From a virus (taxonomy: Duplodnaviria; Caudoviricetes), in IMG/VR virus record IMGVR_UViG_3300020043_001081, positions 1 to 36,814 of that record: 36,814 nt of DNA, one strand, 5' to 3'. Numbering within the stretch: the stretch's first letter is position 1; each line of letters opens with the position of its first letter. Position numbers and translations under genes: made by a program. This document shows positions 25,532 to 34,104 of the stretch, piece after piece. The notes below the pieces were generated by a model. That model was not told the origin of the DNA. It saw nothing but the letters and a program-made list of their open reading frames with translations, and made no database searches.

Positions 25532-27630
25532 GCCATACCTTTAGTTAATGAGCCTAGTTCACGTAATGCTTTAAGTGTTAGCTCAGTCTGCTTATTCTTT
25601 GTATCCTCGTCAGCTAAGTCTAAAGCCAGCACAGCTTGCAATTGCTTAACTGCTAACTCAGCTTCTTTGATACGCAACTCAGCATTATCCTTCTGGTTCT
25701 TCATCTGCATCTCTATACCTTTGCGGGTATATTCAGCCTCTAGCGTTTGCTTTTCAAGGTCAAGTTTTGCCGCATCGATCTGAGCCTTAGCCTGAGTCTT
25801 TTCTCTTTCAACCTGAGCCAGCATCTCAGCAACCTGTGCCTGTGCGTCCGGTGCAGGAGACTGTGGCTGTGATAAAGCAGCATTCTGTTCCGGTGTGATT
25901 TCATTCATAAACTCGTTAGCATCTTTGAAACCTGCCGATTCAATGAACTTTGCTAGAGTATTGCGGTATTGACCGATAGATACCAAAGGATTAGACGCGC
26001 CATATTGCTGAATGATCTGCTCTTGTTTCGCTAGAACCATCTGCAACATAGCCAGCTTCTGATCTCTGTCACCTGAGCCTAGACCAACATTAACGCTAAT
26101 ATCGTACTCATTTGCCCATGTTCTAGGATCAAACTGAACGTACTTACCACGCATACGAACGATACGAGGCTTGTCTTGATACTTGCCCAATAAGTGCAGG
26201 ATGCCTTTAAACAGACTCTTTACGCCTGTTTCAGCGAAGATGCGAGCGATTAGTTCTAGCTTGCCGCTATTAGACTTCATCATTGCAGCCACAGCAGTAG
26301 CCGTAACATTATTCAATACGTCTGGATCAAGTCCTGACTGTGAATCGCTAACGCCTGTTCTCTTAGCCTGAACCGCATCCAAGTATTCCAGCATCGGCAT
26401 GGCTTGACCGAATGTACTCTGAACCGTTAGCGGAACCAGAGCATTAGGATTCTTTAAGCGTATAACACCACCGGGAGTAGCATTGAGCAAGTCATCCATG
26501 TTGACCTGACCATCTACAGCACCTACTCGATTGTTGTTAGTTAGATACAGATTATCCAAGCTCTGACGAGTTATCGTGGACTTCTGTAACTGAATATCCA
26601 TCGTCCGATCTGCCAGCGATTGACCGAAGAACTTATGCGGTACAGGTATAGGGCAGATAGAGTGGAATGGAACATAGTCAGTTTCTTCGTCCTCAAGTAT
26701 CTCAGAACCACAATAGACAATACGACGCAACTCAGCAATACCGTCATCATCTTCGTCAATACGGATATAGCACTCATAGACCTCTAAAATCTGCATAGAG
26801 AAGTCTAGGCTTGTATTCTGGTCTGGCTGCTCACCGTTAGGGAATCGAGCAATACGCTCTGCATTGAACTCAAGATCGTTATATGTTGGCAATTCGTCAA
26901 CTACATCCTGATCGTAGCCAATAGCGATCAACTCTGAACGAGTCATCAAGCGACGATGCGCTACAAAGCTGGCATCTTCAATAGTCTTGGCTGACTTAGA
27001 GATAAGGAATTCTTCAGGAGGTACGTTCTCAATCCTTACCTGACCTGATTCTTTGATACGCTGGACATACACCTCGAACTTAGGGACTTGTACAACATTT
27101 CCCATCATGTCCGACATTTCCGTATATTCTATTTCCTGCTTGACAACCTTTAGAGTCTGATCCGATAGCAATAGAGCCAGTTCATCCTCTGACAGATTCT
27201 TGTATTCTTCCTTAGTTACGTCTGTAGATTCATCCCAGTATGATTTAACTACGCCCACCTTTTGCAGCAGGGCATCTTTAAACCAGTTATGGAGAATGAG
27301 CATTCCATCATTATCACGATAGAAAGCCCAATTACAGTAGTCGGTAGCCTGTCTAGCTGACTCCTCATCACCCGGACTCTTAGGCTCGAAATAGACAATA
27401 TCTTCGGTAGTCGTAAATACACGCATTAACTGGGGTAATGCACCATCGATAGCCTCAGCTACCTCACCAGTTACGATCTGCGAGCGACCTTCTTGCTCAT
27501 TACCGTAAGGATAGCGTAAGTAATACTCTAATGCCCTCTTACGATCTTCGGTGGTCTCTGTGTCCAGATAGCCGATAGCATTATCTATTTCATTCTCGAT
27601 AATGCCTTTTACTTTGCCAGCGTCCATCAT
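25528..27630 (-). CDS. Portal protein (P22-like, with C-terminal helical barrel)
   Basis: 700 aa directly after terL; DALLQKVGVVK, IENVPPEEFLI, long C-terminal coiled coil. Confidence 0.9.
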   Translation of the reverse strand: MMDAGKVKGIIENEIDNAIGYLDTETTEDRKRALEYYLRYPYGNEQEGRSQIVTGEVAEAIDGALPQLMRVFTTTEDIVYFEPKSPGDEESARQATDYCNWAFYRDNDGMLILHNWFKDALLQKVGVVKSYWDESTDVTKEEYKNLSEDELALLLSDQTLKVVKQEIEYTEMSDMMGNVVQVPKFEVYVQRIKESGQVRIENVPPEEFLISKSAKTIEDASFVAHRRLMTRSELIAIGYDQDVVDELPTYNDLEFNAERIARFPNGEQPDQNTSLDFSMQILEVYECYIRIDEDDDGIAELRRIVYCGSEILEDEETDYVPFHSICPIPVPHKFFGQSLADRTMDIQLQKSTITRQSLDNLYLTNNNRVGAVDGQVNMDDLLNATPGGVIRLKNPNALVPLTVQSTFGQAMPMLEYLDAVQAKRTGVSDSQSGLDPDVLNNVTATAVAAMMKSNSGKLELIARIFAETGVKSLFKGILHLLGKYQDKPRIVRMRGKYVQFDPRTWANEYDISVNVGLGSGDRDQKLAMLQMVLAKQEQIIQQYGASNPLVSIGQYRNTLAKFIESAGFKDANEFMNEITPEQNAALSQPQSPAPDAQAQVAEMLAQVEREKTQAKAQIDAAKLDLEKQTLEAEYTRKGIEMQMKNQKDNAELRIKEAELAVKQLQAVLALDLADEDTKNKQTELTLKALRELGSLTKGMA

Positions 27631-27657
27631 AATGCGTTCCTCTTAGGATTTTCGCAA

Positions 27658-28914
27658 TTATACAATCCATTTTGTGTTAATGGGCAAATCTGACTGCCAT
27701 GAAGTCTCGTCTTGGTCAAGACTTATCGAAAGGTAGCGAAAGGAATCTGAAGCATGGCTAGACCAGTCATGTAAAGGCTTGTCATAGAACACTTGCTGTC
27801 TTTCGTTATATTCCCTGCGATAGTTCCTGAGTGCATCAAGACCTGCTTTAGTCTTATGATCGAACCAACATTGCGGCAATAGCCTTCTAACGGCTTGAAT
27901 ACCGTCTGCAACCGATAAACGAGGAGCTACTGTTATATCGAGTCCTGCTTCTTGCAAAACCTCTTTACGGCTCTTTCCTGTGCCTAGCTCTCTGACTTCG
28001 ACGTCATGAGGCAAGAACTGCGTGAAGCCTTCGTAGCCGTTATCTTTGAGCCAGCGTACATACCAGTCCAGACCGACTCCGTGGTTCTCCGTAAAATCAA
28101 TGAGACGTACTTCTTTTCCAACCACCTGAGCAACCCACAGACTAGTAGAATCGCTAATCCCCAAATCCCAAGCAACATAAGAGCGACATAAGTCATCACG
28201 TTCGATAGTGGTGATCCGGTTCTTCGCCTCAAGATCGTTGATAATCTTGCCATAGTAGCTACCTTCAATGGGAGAATCAAAATTGCACTCGAACTCCTGA
28301 TTATACTTATCGTCACCCATCTCCTTACGGGCAGCGTCTAGTTCTTTCTGGTCAATTATGTTGGTTTCGCTGGCTTTAAACTCTACCAAAGCCCAATCTT
28401 CTGACTTTGCAGCTCTTTCTTTGAACTCTTTAAAGTGATTGTTACCTTTAGGAGTGCCAATAAACAAAGCCCATCCTAATCGATCAGCTAATGCAGGTCT
28501 AATAACTTCGTTCCAGACTTTAGGGTTCATATCGCCAACTTCGTCTAAGGCAACCCCATCGAGATAACCGCCCCTCAATGAGTCTGGATTATCTGCCCCA
28601 TACAAAGATATACGCCTGCCCCAGAAGTCCACCCTAAGTTCAGATATGTTGACCGTTGCGCCTAATGGTCTCGTGTATTTGACCAAGTAATCAAAAGCAA
28701 TCCTCTTGGCTTGTGTATATGTTGGTGCTATATAAGCATATCTAGGTTGCTCTAATTCGCACTCAATAGCTCGTTTTATGATCTGGTTGATAGCAGCCAC
28801 AGTTTTCCCGAACCTCCTGTGCATAACCCCAACAACAAATCTATTTGCGTCTAAAGTATTGTGTAGAATTATTTGCTGCTCTCTAGGAGCGTATGGGATT
28901 ATTATTTCACTCAT
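27658..28914 (-). CDS. terL: Terminase large subunit
   Basis: Walker A HRRFGKT, IAPTYTQAK, Walker B VALDE, IGTPKG, nuclease WDLG, HDWSSHASDSFRY. Confidence 0.96.
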   Translation of the reverse strand: MSEIIIPYAPREQQIILHNTLDANRFVVGVMHRRFGKTVAAINQIIKRAIECELEQPRYAYIAPTYTQAKRIAFDYLVKYTRPLGATVNISELRVDFWGRRISLYGADNPDSLRGGYLDGVALDEVGDMNPKVWNEVIRPALADRLGWALFIGTPKGNNHFKEFKERAAKSEDWALVEFKASETNIIDQKELDAARKEMGDDKYNQEFECNFDSPIEGSYYGKIINDLEAKNRITTIERDDLCRSYVAWDLGISDSTSLWVAQVVGKEVRLIDFTENHGVGLDWYVRWLKDNGYEGFTQFLPHDVEVRELGTGKSRKEVLQEAGLDITVAPRLSVADGIQAVRRLLPQCWFDHKTKAGLDALRNYRREYNERQQVFYDKPLHDWSSHASDSFRYLSISLDQDETSWQSDLPINTKWIV

Positions 28915-29588
28915 CCTATTAGCGACACTTGTTCTTGTTGCATTTTAGGAATAAACATATCTTCCTGCTTAGTGGCTTGCTCTATACGCTTACACGCTAT
29001 ATCAAAGTATTTCGGCTCACGTTCAATGCCAATGAACTTACGCCCCATTTGAATCGCTGCAACGCCCGTCGTGCCGGAACCCATGAAAGGGTCAAGGATA
29101 ATTTCAGGATTTCCAAGTTGATTAATACTCCAAGTCATTACTTGTATCGGCTTTTGTGTTGGATGCTCAGAGCCAACTAAACTAGACCGATTTACAACAA
29201 TTGATCTTAAAGCCTTTTGTTCAGAAGTCCATGCCAACTCACCGTCAGACATTGATAAGCCCTTTTGCCCTTTATCCCAATAAAGCCAACCCATAGTTGG
29301 TGGAAGCATATCTGCAAAATAGTTACCGCCCCAAAAAAGAGATTTATTGCCAATTGAAAGCAGTAAATCAAAAACTTCTTTGCTTGGTCTGCCGTTATCC
29401 CATCCCAAGTCATCAAAATGTTTGCGCTTATGTTTTGAGTTTTTTGTAAAAGTCTCTTGCTGTCCAGCCCTTGATATTCCATAAGGAGGATCAGTAATAA
29501 CCGCATCAACCTTCGGTAGTGTTGGCAGTATATCCATGCAATCGCCAAGATATAGGGTGGCACCCCCTATAGTGACTATTTCTGCCAT
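28911..29588 (-). CDS. DNA amino-methyltransferase (m6A/m4C, beta class), orphan
   Basis: LYLGDC, ITDPPYG, HPTQKP, ILDPFMGSGTTG, FIGIE. Confidence 0.93.
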   Translation of the reverse strand: MAEIVTIGGATLYLGDCMDILPTLPKVDAVITDPPYGISRAGQQETFTKNSKHKRKHFDDLGWDNGRPSKEVFDLLLSIGNKSLFWGGNYFADMLPPTMGWLYWDKGQKGLSMSDGELAWTSEQKALRSIVVNRSSLVGSEHPTQKPIQVMTWSINQLGNPEIILDPFMGSGTTGVAAIQMGRKFIGIEREPKYFDIACKRIEQATKQEDMFIPKMQQEQVSLIG

Positions 29589-29908
29589 GTAACCACGTGC
29601 TGTTGTGGCGCACCGTCTATACCTGTCACCTCAGTCCTAGCCAGCTTAGGTATATGGTACTCACTTAGCTTTTGCATCAAGTCCAATGCCTTAGCAGGAT
29701 CAGGCTTTAGCCCATAGACTTCATCGCCCTCAGCTACCCTTTGTAGCCATCTATCCATGTAAGGCACGTTCTTCTCTAGTAGCGTAGCAATAGCATTACG
29801 CACTACTGCCGTACTCTTATTAGGCACTCCAGCAGGTCTGCCCTTACCAGCATTAGTTAAGCCGGGATGTGCTGTAGTCTTTTCTTCTTTACTGACTTCT
29901 GTTTCCAT
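29576..29908 (-). CDS. terS: Terminase small subunit
   Basis: GKGRPAGVPNK N-terminus and PKLARTEVTG.DG C-terminus; upstream of terL. Confidence 0.75.
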   Translation of the reverse strand: METEVSKEEKTTAHPGLTNAGKGRPAGVPNKSTAVVRNAIATLLEKNVPYMDRWLQRVAEGDEVYGLKPDPAKALDLMQKLSEYHIPKLARTEVTGIDGAPQQHVVTWQK

Positions 29909-29937
29909 TTTTGCATTATCCTCTGGATGTCATGCGA

Positions 29938-30792
29938 TTATTTTTGTGACTTTGGTACGTACGGCTGTGGATCATATCCAAACTCATAAATTGAGTCACC
30001 ATTAGTAAATATATCTCTAGCTCTTACTGTTTTCTTAACAATTTTAAAATCATTATTTAAAGCACTTTGCCCATGTTCTTTAGCATATTTCAAATCAGTA
30101 GTTATCCAATCTCCAGTATTAATTCCTTTTCCTCTTGGAACATCCTTAGGAACTGCTCTATATACTGTAATTAGTCTATTTGGTTGATTTCTAAATGCTT
30201 GTATTTGAGAAACTATTCTTGTATCTCTGCCTAAATCTTCTCCATGCCCATAATATCTAGCACCTTGAGAACTATAAAAATCCTCTGGATATACGCCTGT
30301 TAAATCCCATAAAGGTTTACCGCTATCCTTCATAGGCGCACTATGCTGACCTTTATAATCGGCTGCTTCTTGAACTACTGGTTGTGCTACAGGCTGATCT
30401 CTTAAAGCGACAAATTCTGCATTTGCTCTATCTCTTGCAGCTAAATAATTTTGCTTATTAATTGCACTTGGATTAGCTTTTAATGTTTCATAAGCCTCGT
30501 TTGCCAATGCTTGTAAATTTACAGGTTTAATTGGGCTAGTTGTTCCAGCAAATCCGCTACCTGCTTGCATCGCTTGCTGACCATACGGGCTATTAATCCA
30601 TGCACCTGATGCCATTTCCTGAGCAGTCTTAGGTTCACCCAATAGACCAACTCCAGCCCTTTGACGAGCCTCACTACCTAACTGAGCAGCAAATTCCTGT
30701 GGATTATTCATCAACAAGCCTAAACGAGCCGCTAAAGCCTGTTTTTGCTGGTCTATATAATTCAATCCACTTGCTAGTAATCCGTCAGCCAT
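29938..30792 (-). CDS. Two-part protein: low-complexity N-terminus plus ADP-ribosyltransferase-like C-terminal domain
   Basis: ITVYRAVP, INTGDWITT..KYAKEH and YEFGY resemble the R...S/T...E strands of ART folds. ORF is secure; function is inferred. Confidence 0.5.
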   Translation of the reverse strand: MADGLLASGLNYIDQQKQALAARLGLLMNNPQEFAAQLGSEARQRAGVGLLGEPKTAQEMASGAWINSPYGQQAMQAGSGFAGTTSPIKPVNLQALANEAYETLKANPSAINKQNYLAARDRANAEFVALRDQPVAQPVVQEAADYKGQHSAPMKDSGKPLWDLTGVYPEDFYSSQGARYYGHGEDLGRDTRIVSQIQAFRNQPNRLITVYRAVPKDVPRGKGINTGDWITTDLKYAKEHGQSALNNDFKIVKKTVRARDIFTNGDSIYEFGYDPQPYVPKSQK

Positions 30793-31495
30793 AGAAAACC
30801 TCGTACATATCTGGTCTGTTAGTCTTTATCCACTCTCTTGGTTCTTCATGGCACTTAGCAAAATCGTTTCCAACCGTCTGCGATCCTGCATGATGAACGT
30901 ATCCACGACTAACAAAGTGAAAATACCCTGCTTTGCCTAAGTCATGACATATTATATTGTCTGAATACCAATTAGTGCTAGGGAATTGTGCTACATCCCA
31001 TGCCTCTTTACTTATCGCCGCGAAAATAGGAGCTATGACATCAGCCATCTTTATATGTAACTCGCTCTCCCACCTTAACGCTGAGAATACGTCATCTTCC
31101 TCAGCTACTCGTATATTCTGTGCTGGTAGTACGTAATCTGATCTTGCACCTAAGAATCCAACCTTAAATGACTTGCCAACGTACTTATAATCAGCTTGCA
31201 TCTTCTCAATAGTATCGGGAGTCAATACTACGTCATCATTTGCAATGATTAATGAATCGTAATGCCCTGTGTTAAAGGCATAAGAGACAATTGCGTTATA
31301 CGCATCTCCGAAATTGGTAGCAGTATTTGGTCTGAATATGACTCTATCGTTGCCAAGTCTCTTTCTAACTTCTCCCCACAACTCCAGACTATTTGCACTA
31401 ATGTAAACTGGCAATTCTCTTGCATATTGATTAATACTCTCCAATAGTACGTGGATGCTTGGACTATCTACCGTAGCGATTACGATTGCTTGCAA
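30785..31495 (-). CDS. Glycosyltransferase (GT2-like)
   Basis: NFGDAYN, IIANDDV, WYSDNIIC, YVHHAGSQT; TTG start with AGGGGA RBS. Confidence 0.8.
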   Translation of the reverse strand: MQAIVIATVDSPSIHVLLESINQYARELPVYISANSLELWGEVRKRLGNDRVIFRPNTATNFGDAYNAIVSYAFNTGHYDSLIIANDDVVLTPDTIEKMQADYKYVGKSFKVGFLGARSDYVLPAQNIRVAEEDDVFSALRWESELHIKMADVIAPIFAAISKEAWDVAQFPSTNWYSDNIICHDLGKAGYFHFVSRGYVHHAGSQTVGNDFAKCHEEPREWIKTNRPDMYEVFYG

Positions 31496-31512
31496 GTAAT
31501 TCCCCTAAATAT

Positions 31513-31693
31513 CAACACGGCTGAGGACTGTTGTACAGCATAAAAAAGAACTTTGGGGTCAACCTCAGTTTGCTTTTTAGTTCTGTATCGGTAGCCGCAG
31601 TATCACCATTTTCAGTTGCTTTTGAGTGACTAGCTCATTAGCTTCTTATCTTCCCTGCGAGTCCGTCCTACCGATCAATCCTCATGCGTGTTA
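31513..31693 (-). ncRNA. Candidate structured RNA of unknown family
   Basis: Closing stem of 16 pairs in 18 positions, nested 8-bp and 5-bp stems, no ORF in an otherwise very dense genome. Confidence 0.55.
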
Positions 31694-32227
31694 GCACTTT
31701 GTTAAAATGACTTTCATTGAATCTACTGCTCGTGGAGTACGCAGAATTTCATCATCAGAAATGCCTTTATCCATCATTTCCTGACCTAATCCTGACATCA
31801 TAAATTCCATCGACGTTAGGTTAAATCTATCCTGCCAACCTAGATACCAATGCCACTCAGTATAGTACAACCAGCTATTCTCGTTAAACGCTCTAACGTG
31901 AGTCGGGTCTTGCCATGCACCTAAAGACAGTTCATACGGTACGCTAATGTGAAACTCACCACCAACTTCCAGCAAATCCTTACAGTTAGTCATTGCTTGA
32001 ATTAAATCCGGTATATGCTCTAAAACGTCATTTGCGACGATTTTTTTAAACATTCCCTTCTCTATCGTTACCTTGCCAAATCTAGGACTGTCTATAATCT
32101 GACCGAATTCAACCTTAGATATATCTACCCACCAGTCAGGATTAACTCTAAGCAATATGTCAGCATTAAAGTAAGAATCCTTCCAGTCTTTGCCGGAACC
32201 TAGATTTAACGTCTTTGGAATCACCAC
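31691..32227 (-). CDS. Class I SAM-dependent methyltransferase (non-DNA type)
   Basis: LNLGSG motif I, NDVLEHI, LLEVGG, VP, QDPTH. Confidence 0.85.
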   Translation of the reverse strand: MVIPKTLNLGSGKDWKDSYFNADILLRVNPDWWVDISKVEFGQIIDSPRFGKVTIEKGMFKKIVANDVLEHIPDLIQAMTNCKDLLEVGGEFHISVPYELSLGAWQDPTHVRAFNENSWLYYTEWHWYLGWQDRFNLTSMEFMMSGLGQEMMDKGISDDEILRTPRAVDSMKVILTKC

Positions 32228-32472
32228 TTAACCTTATTTGCCCAATACGCCGCACTCATCTTGCCTTTAGCGATATTGCCAGCATGACGAGCCTTAAATG
32301 CCTCATTGCGTTTACTACCATCAGGACTACCGCTAACGCCTTGCTGACCGAAACGGATTAACTTAACCTCGTCTCCTGACTTGGCTAATACAGCATGGCT
32401 CTTGGTAGGATGATTAGGGGTTTTCTTAGGCTTGTTGTAACCTGAGAACTCCTCTTTGCCACGCTTAATCAT
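32221..32472 (-). CDS. Small basic protein
   Basis: GYNKPKKTPNHPTKSHAVLAK...IRFGQQG...FKARH...MSAAYWA. Confidence 0.8.
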   Translation of the reverse strand: MIKRGKEEFSGYNKPKKTPNHPTKSHAVLAKSGDEVKLIRFGQQGVSGSPDGSKRNEAFKARHAGNIAKGKMSAAYWANKVKW

Positions 32473-32621
32473 TTCTTTGCCTTTTTAGCAGTCTTAGCAG
32501 CTTGCTTAAAGTCAGCCCTAGTTGGCGCACCCTTAGTGCCCGGCTTTTTCATCTTTTCTCCGCTACCTTCAGCTATACGCTTACGTTTAGCGTGAATTGC
32601 AGAATAGAGTCCTGTTTTCAT
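32469..32621 (-). CDS. 50-aa Lys-rich protein (not in ORF track)
   Basis: MKTGLYSAIHAKRKRIAEGSGEKMKKPGTKGAPTRADFKQAAKTAKKAKK; ATGA-coupled on both sides. Confidence 0.85.
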   Translation of the reverse strand: MKTGLYSAIHAKRKRIAEGSGEKMKKPGTKGAPTRADFKQAAKTAKKAKK

Positions 32622-32812
32622 TTCTTAGCCTTGTTCTTAGCTGTACGTTGACCACGCTTAGGTAATGACTTGCCAGCTTCACTAAGAGCGATTGCTACGG
32701 CTTGCTTCTGAGACTTTACTACAGCACCGCCTTTACCTGAGTGCAATGTTCCATCTTTGTACTCACCCATGACTTTAGCGACCTTCTTAGCTGCTTTAGA
32801 CTTCTTCATCAT
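32618..32812 (-). CDS. Small Lys-rich protein
   Basis: KKVAKVMGEYKDGTLHSGK...KQAVAIALSEAG. Confidence 0.8.
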   Translation of the reverse strand: MMKKSKAAKKVAKVMGEYKDGTLHSGKGGAVVKSQKQAVAIALSEAGKSLPKRGQRTAKNKAKK

Positions 32813-33089
32813 CTAGCATTTCCTTAACTTGTTTAAGTAACTCATGCTCAGTAACTTTATACTGACGCTCAAAGGCTTTACGTCCCATTCCGTGATAACC
32901 GGTATTCCCTCTGTGATGTTCGGGACAAAGCGGTAACGTATCGTAATGCGAACTCCTTACTCCCATCCCCAAGCCCAAACCTCTAACGTGGTGAATCTCA
33001 GAAGGAGTCCCTGCATACCCTAGCCTATAGCAAATTATACAACCTAAATCAGCTACTTTAGACAGGTATTTCTTCTGATCTTTGGTCAA
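32796..33089 (-). CDS. Ref/DUF968-like HNH-type nuclease
   Basis: GCIIC...EIHH...G.R..H..TLPLCPEHHRG; start probably TTG near 33089. Confidence 0.75.
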   Translation of the reverse strand: MTKDQKKYLSKVADLGCIICYRLGYAGTPSEIHHVRGLGLGMGVRSSHYDTLPLCPEHHRGNTGYHGMGRKAFERQYKVTEHELLKQVKEMLDDEEV

Positions 33090-33252
33090 TTTGACGCTTT
33101 CTCCATAACGATTTAACTGATGATATTGTCTCTGCATGATTGCATTCAGGACATACGTCAACAGCATCTTCAAACACATATCCGCAACGTACTCTCAGCA
33201 CTTCGTCACGTTCACCAATCCAGTTGCAATTATCACAATAAACTTTATCCAT
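33058..33252 (-). CDS. Zn-ribbon protein
   Basis: CDNC...CPEC; start ATG 33252. Confidence 0.65.
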   Translation of the reverse strand: MDKVYCDNCNWIGERDEVLRVRCGYVFEDAVDVCPECNHAETISSVKSLWRKRQIDQRSEEIPV

Positions 33253-33316
33253 ATTATTACCTTTATTTAACGTAAATTTCATTTAGGTTTGCTACTATTT
33301 TGGTACGGAGGCTGCT

Positions 33317-33616
33317 ATGTACGGCATATCTATCGACGGACAAGATTTCTGGTTTGAGGCTGAAGAAGTCGAACTCATGCAAATGGATGATGACGGCATA
33401 GTCTGGAAATACGATAACGAAGCATGTGTCTGGATGTACTTTGATGAAGATGCAGACGAGTGGCTGTTATACGATGAAAACAATTTCGATCCGTTTACAA
33501 AGTCGCTCTTTCGACAGCCCGATTCGACGCTTCCATCGACCGCCAGCAATCAACACGAGCCTGAGCCGCAACAAGCATCCAACGTAATCTCTCTGCCTCA
33601 GCAACTGCGTCTCTAA
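33317..33616 (+). CDS. Counter-oriented, highly acidic aromatic-repeat protein
   Basis: GGAGG RBS at 33307-33311, TGCTACTAT extended -10 near 33290-33298; 19 D/E versus 1 K in the first 60 aa. Confidence 0.7.
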   Translation: MYGISIDGQDFWFEAEEVELMQMDDDGIVWKYDNEACVWMYFDEDADEWLLYDENNFDPFTKSLFRQPDSTLPSTASNQHEPEPQQASNVISLPQQLRL

Positions 33617-33821
33617 GCCCTTCTACGCAAGTAGCGTACTCAACCGTAGTATAAGCATCAGCTTCCTTCTCAGCCATCGTATTTTTAAGACTACGCTGGA
33701 ACCCAAGTGCCTTAACTGTCTTTCTATGCTCCGTTAGATACGTTACTTGCGCCTTAGCTTGTGCATAAGCCTCAGCGTTTTTAATCATAAAGTTAATTGC
33801 TTCATTCGGATCGATATTCAT
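33495..33821 (-). CDS. Conserved helical phage protein
   Basis: YAQAKA...KEADAY...W...AAQARVDCWRS.EA.NR; possibly a recombination mediator. Confidence 0.7.
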   Translation of the reverse strand: MNIDPNEAINFMIKNAEAYAQAKAQVTYLTEHRKTVKALGFQRSLKNTMAEKEADAYTTVEYATCVEGLRDAVAEAERLRWMLVAAQARVDCWRSMEASNRAVERATL

Positions 33822-34092
33822 CTGATAGTTTCCATATTAAAGTTTTAGCATCGTCAATACTTGTAACTACGTTTACTTGACCTTTCCAGAGTCTATGCCA
33901 ATTAACTTGATCTGGAGTAAGTACCTTTTTATCACCATCCTTGATCTCGAGCAAGTAATTTCTAGATTTGAACCCTACTAGAATATCTGGCACGCCTTTG
34001 CCTATTGCGTGTAGATGCTCAACCGTACAACCCATATCACGCAATGCTTTCACAATTTGCGTTTGATTATTGTCCACGCGCTTATAAACCAT
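33802..34092 (-). CDS. PD-(D/E)xK nuclease (VRR-NUC / Holliday junction resolvase-like)
   Basis: RVDNNQ..IV.ALR..G, GVPDILVG, LEIK, LTPDQ..WH. Confidence 0.85.
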   Translation of the reverse strand: MVYKRVDNNQTQIVKALRDMGCTVEHLHAIGKGVPDILVGFKSRNYLLEIKDGDKKVLTPDQVNWHRLWKGQVNVVTSIDDAKTLIWKLSDEYRSE

Positions 34093-34104
34093 TATGACTC
34101 CAAT

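Noticed and set aside
29207-29563. 118-aa alternate-frame ORF inside the amino-MTase, as a second dual-frame gene
   Set aside because: The main frame already has all MTase motifs, and the alternate frame has no recognisable motif or clear RBS.
33295-33549. 84-aa Ser-rich - strand ORF
   Set aside because: It is the antisense shadow of the acidic + strand gene (GAT/GAA-rich codons read as Ser on the other strand), which has the RBS and promoter.
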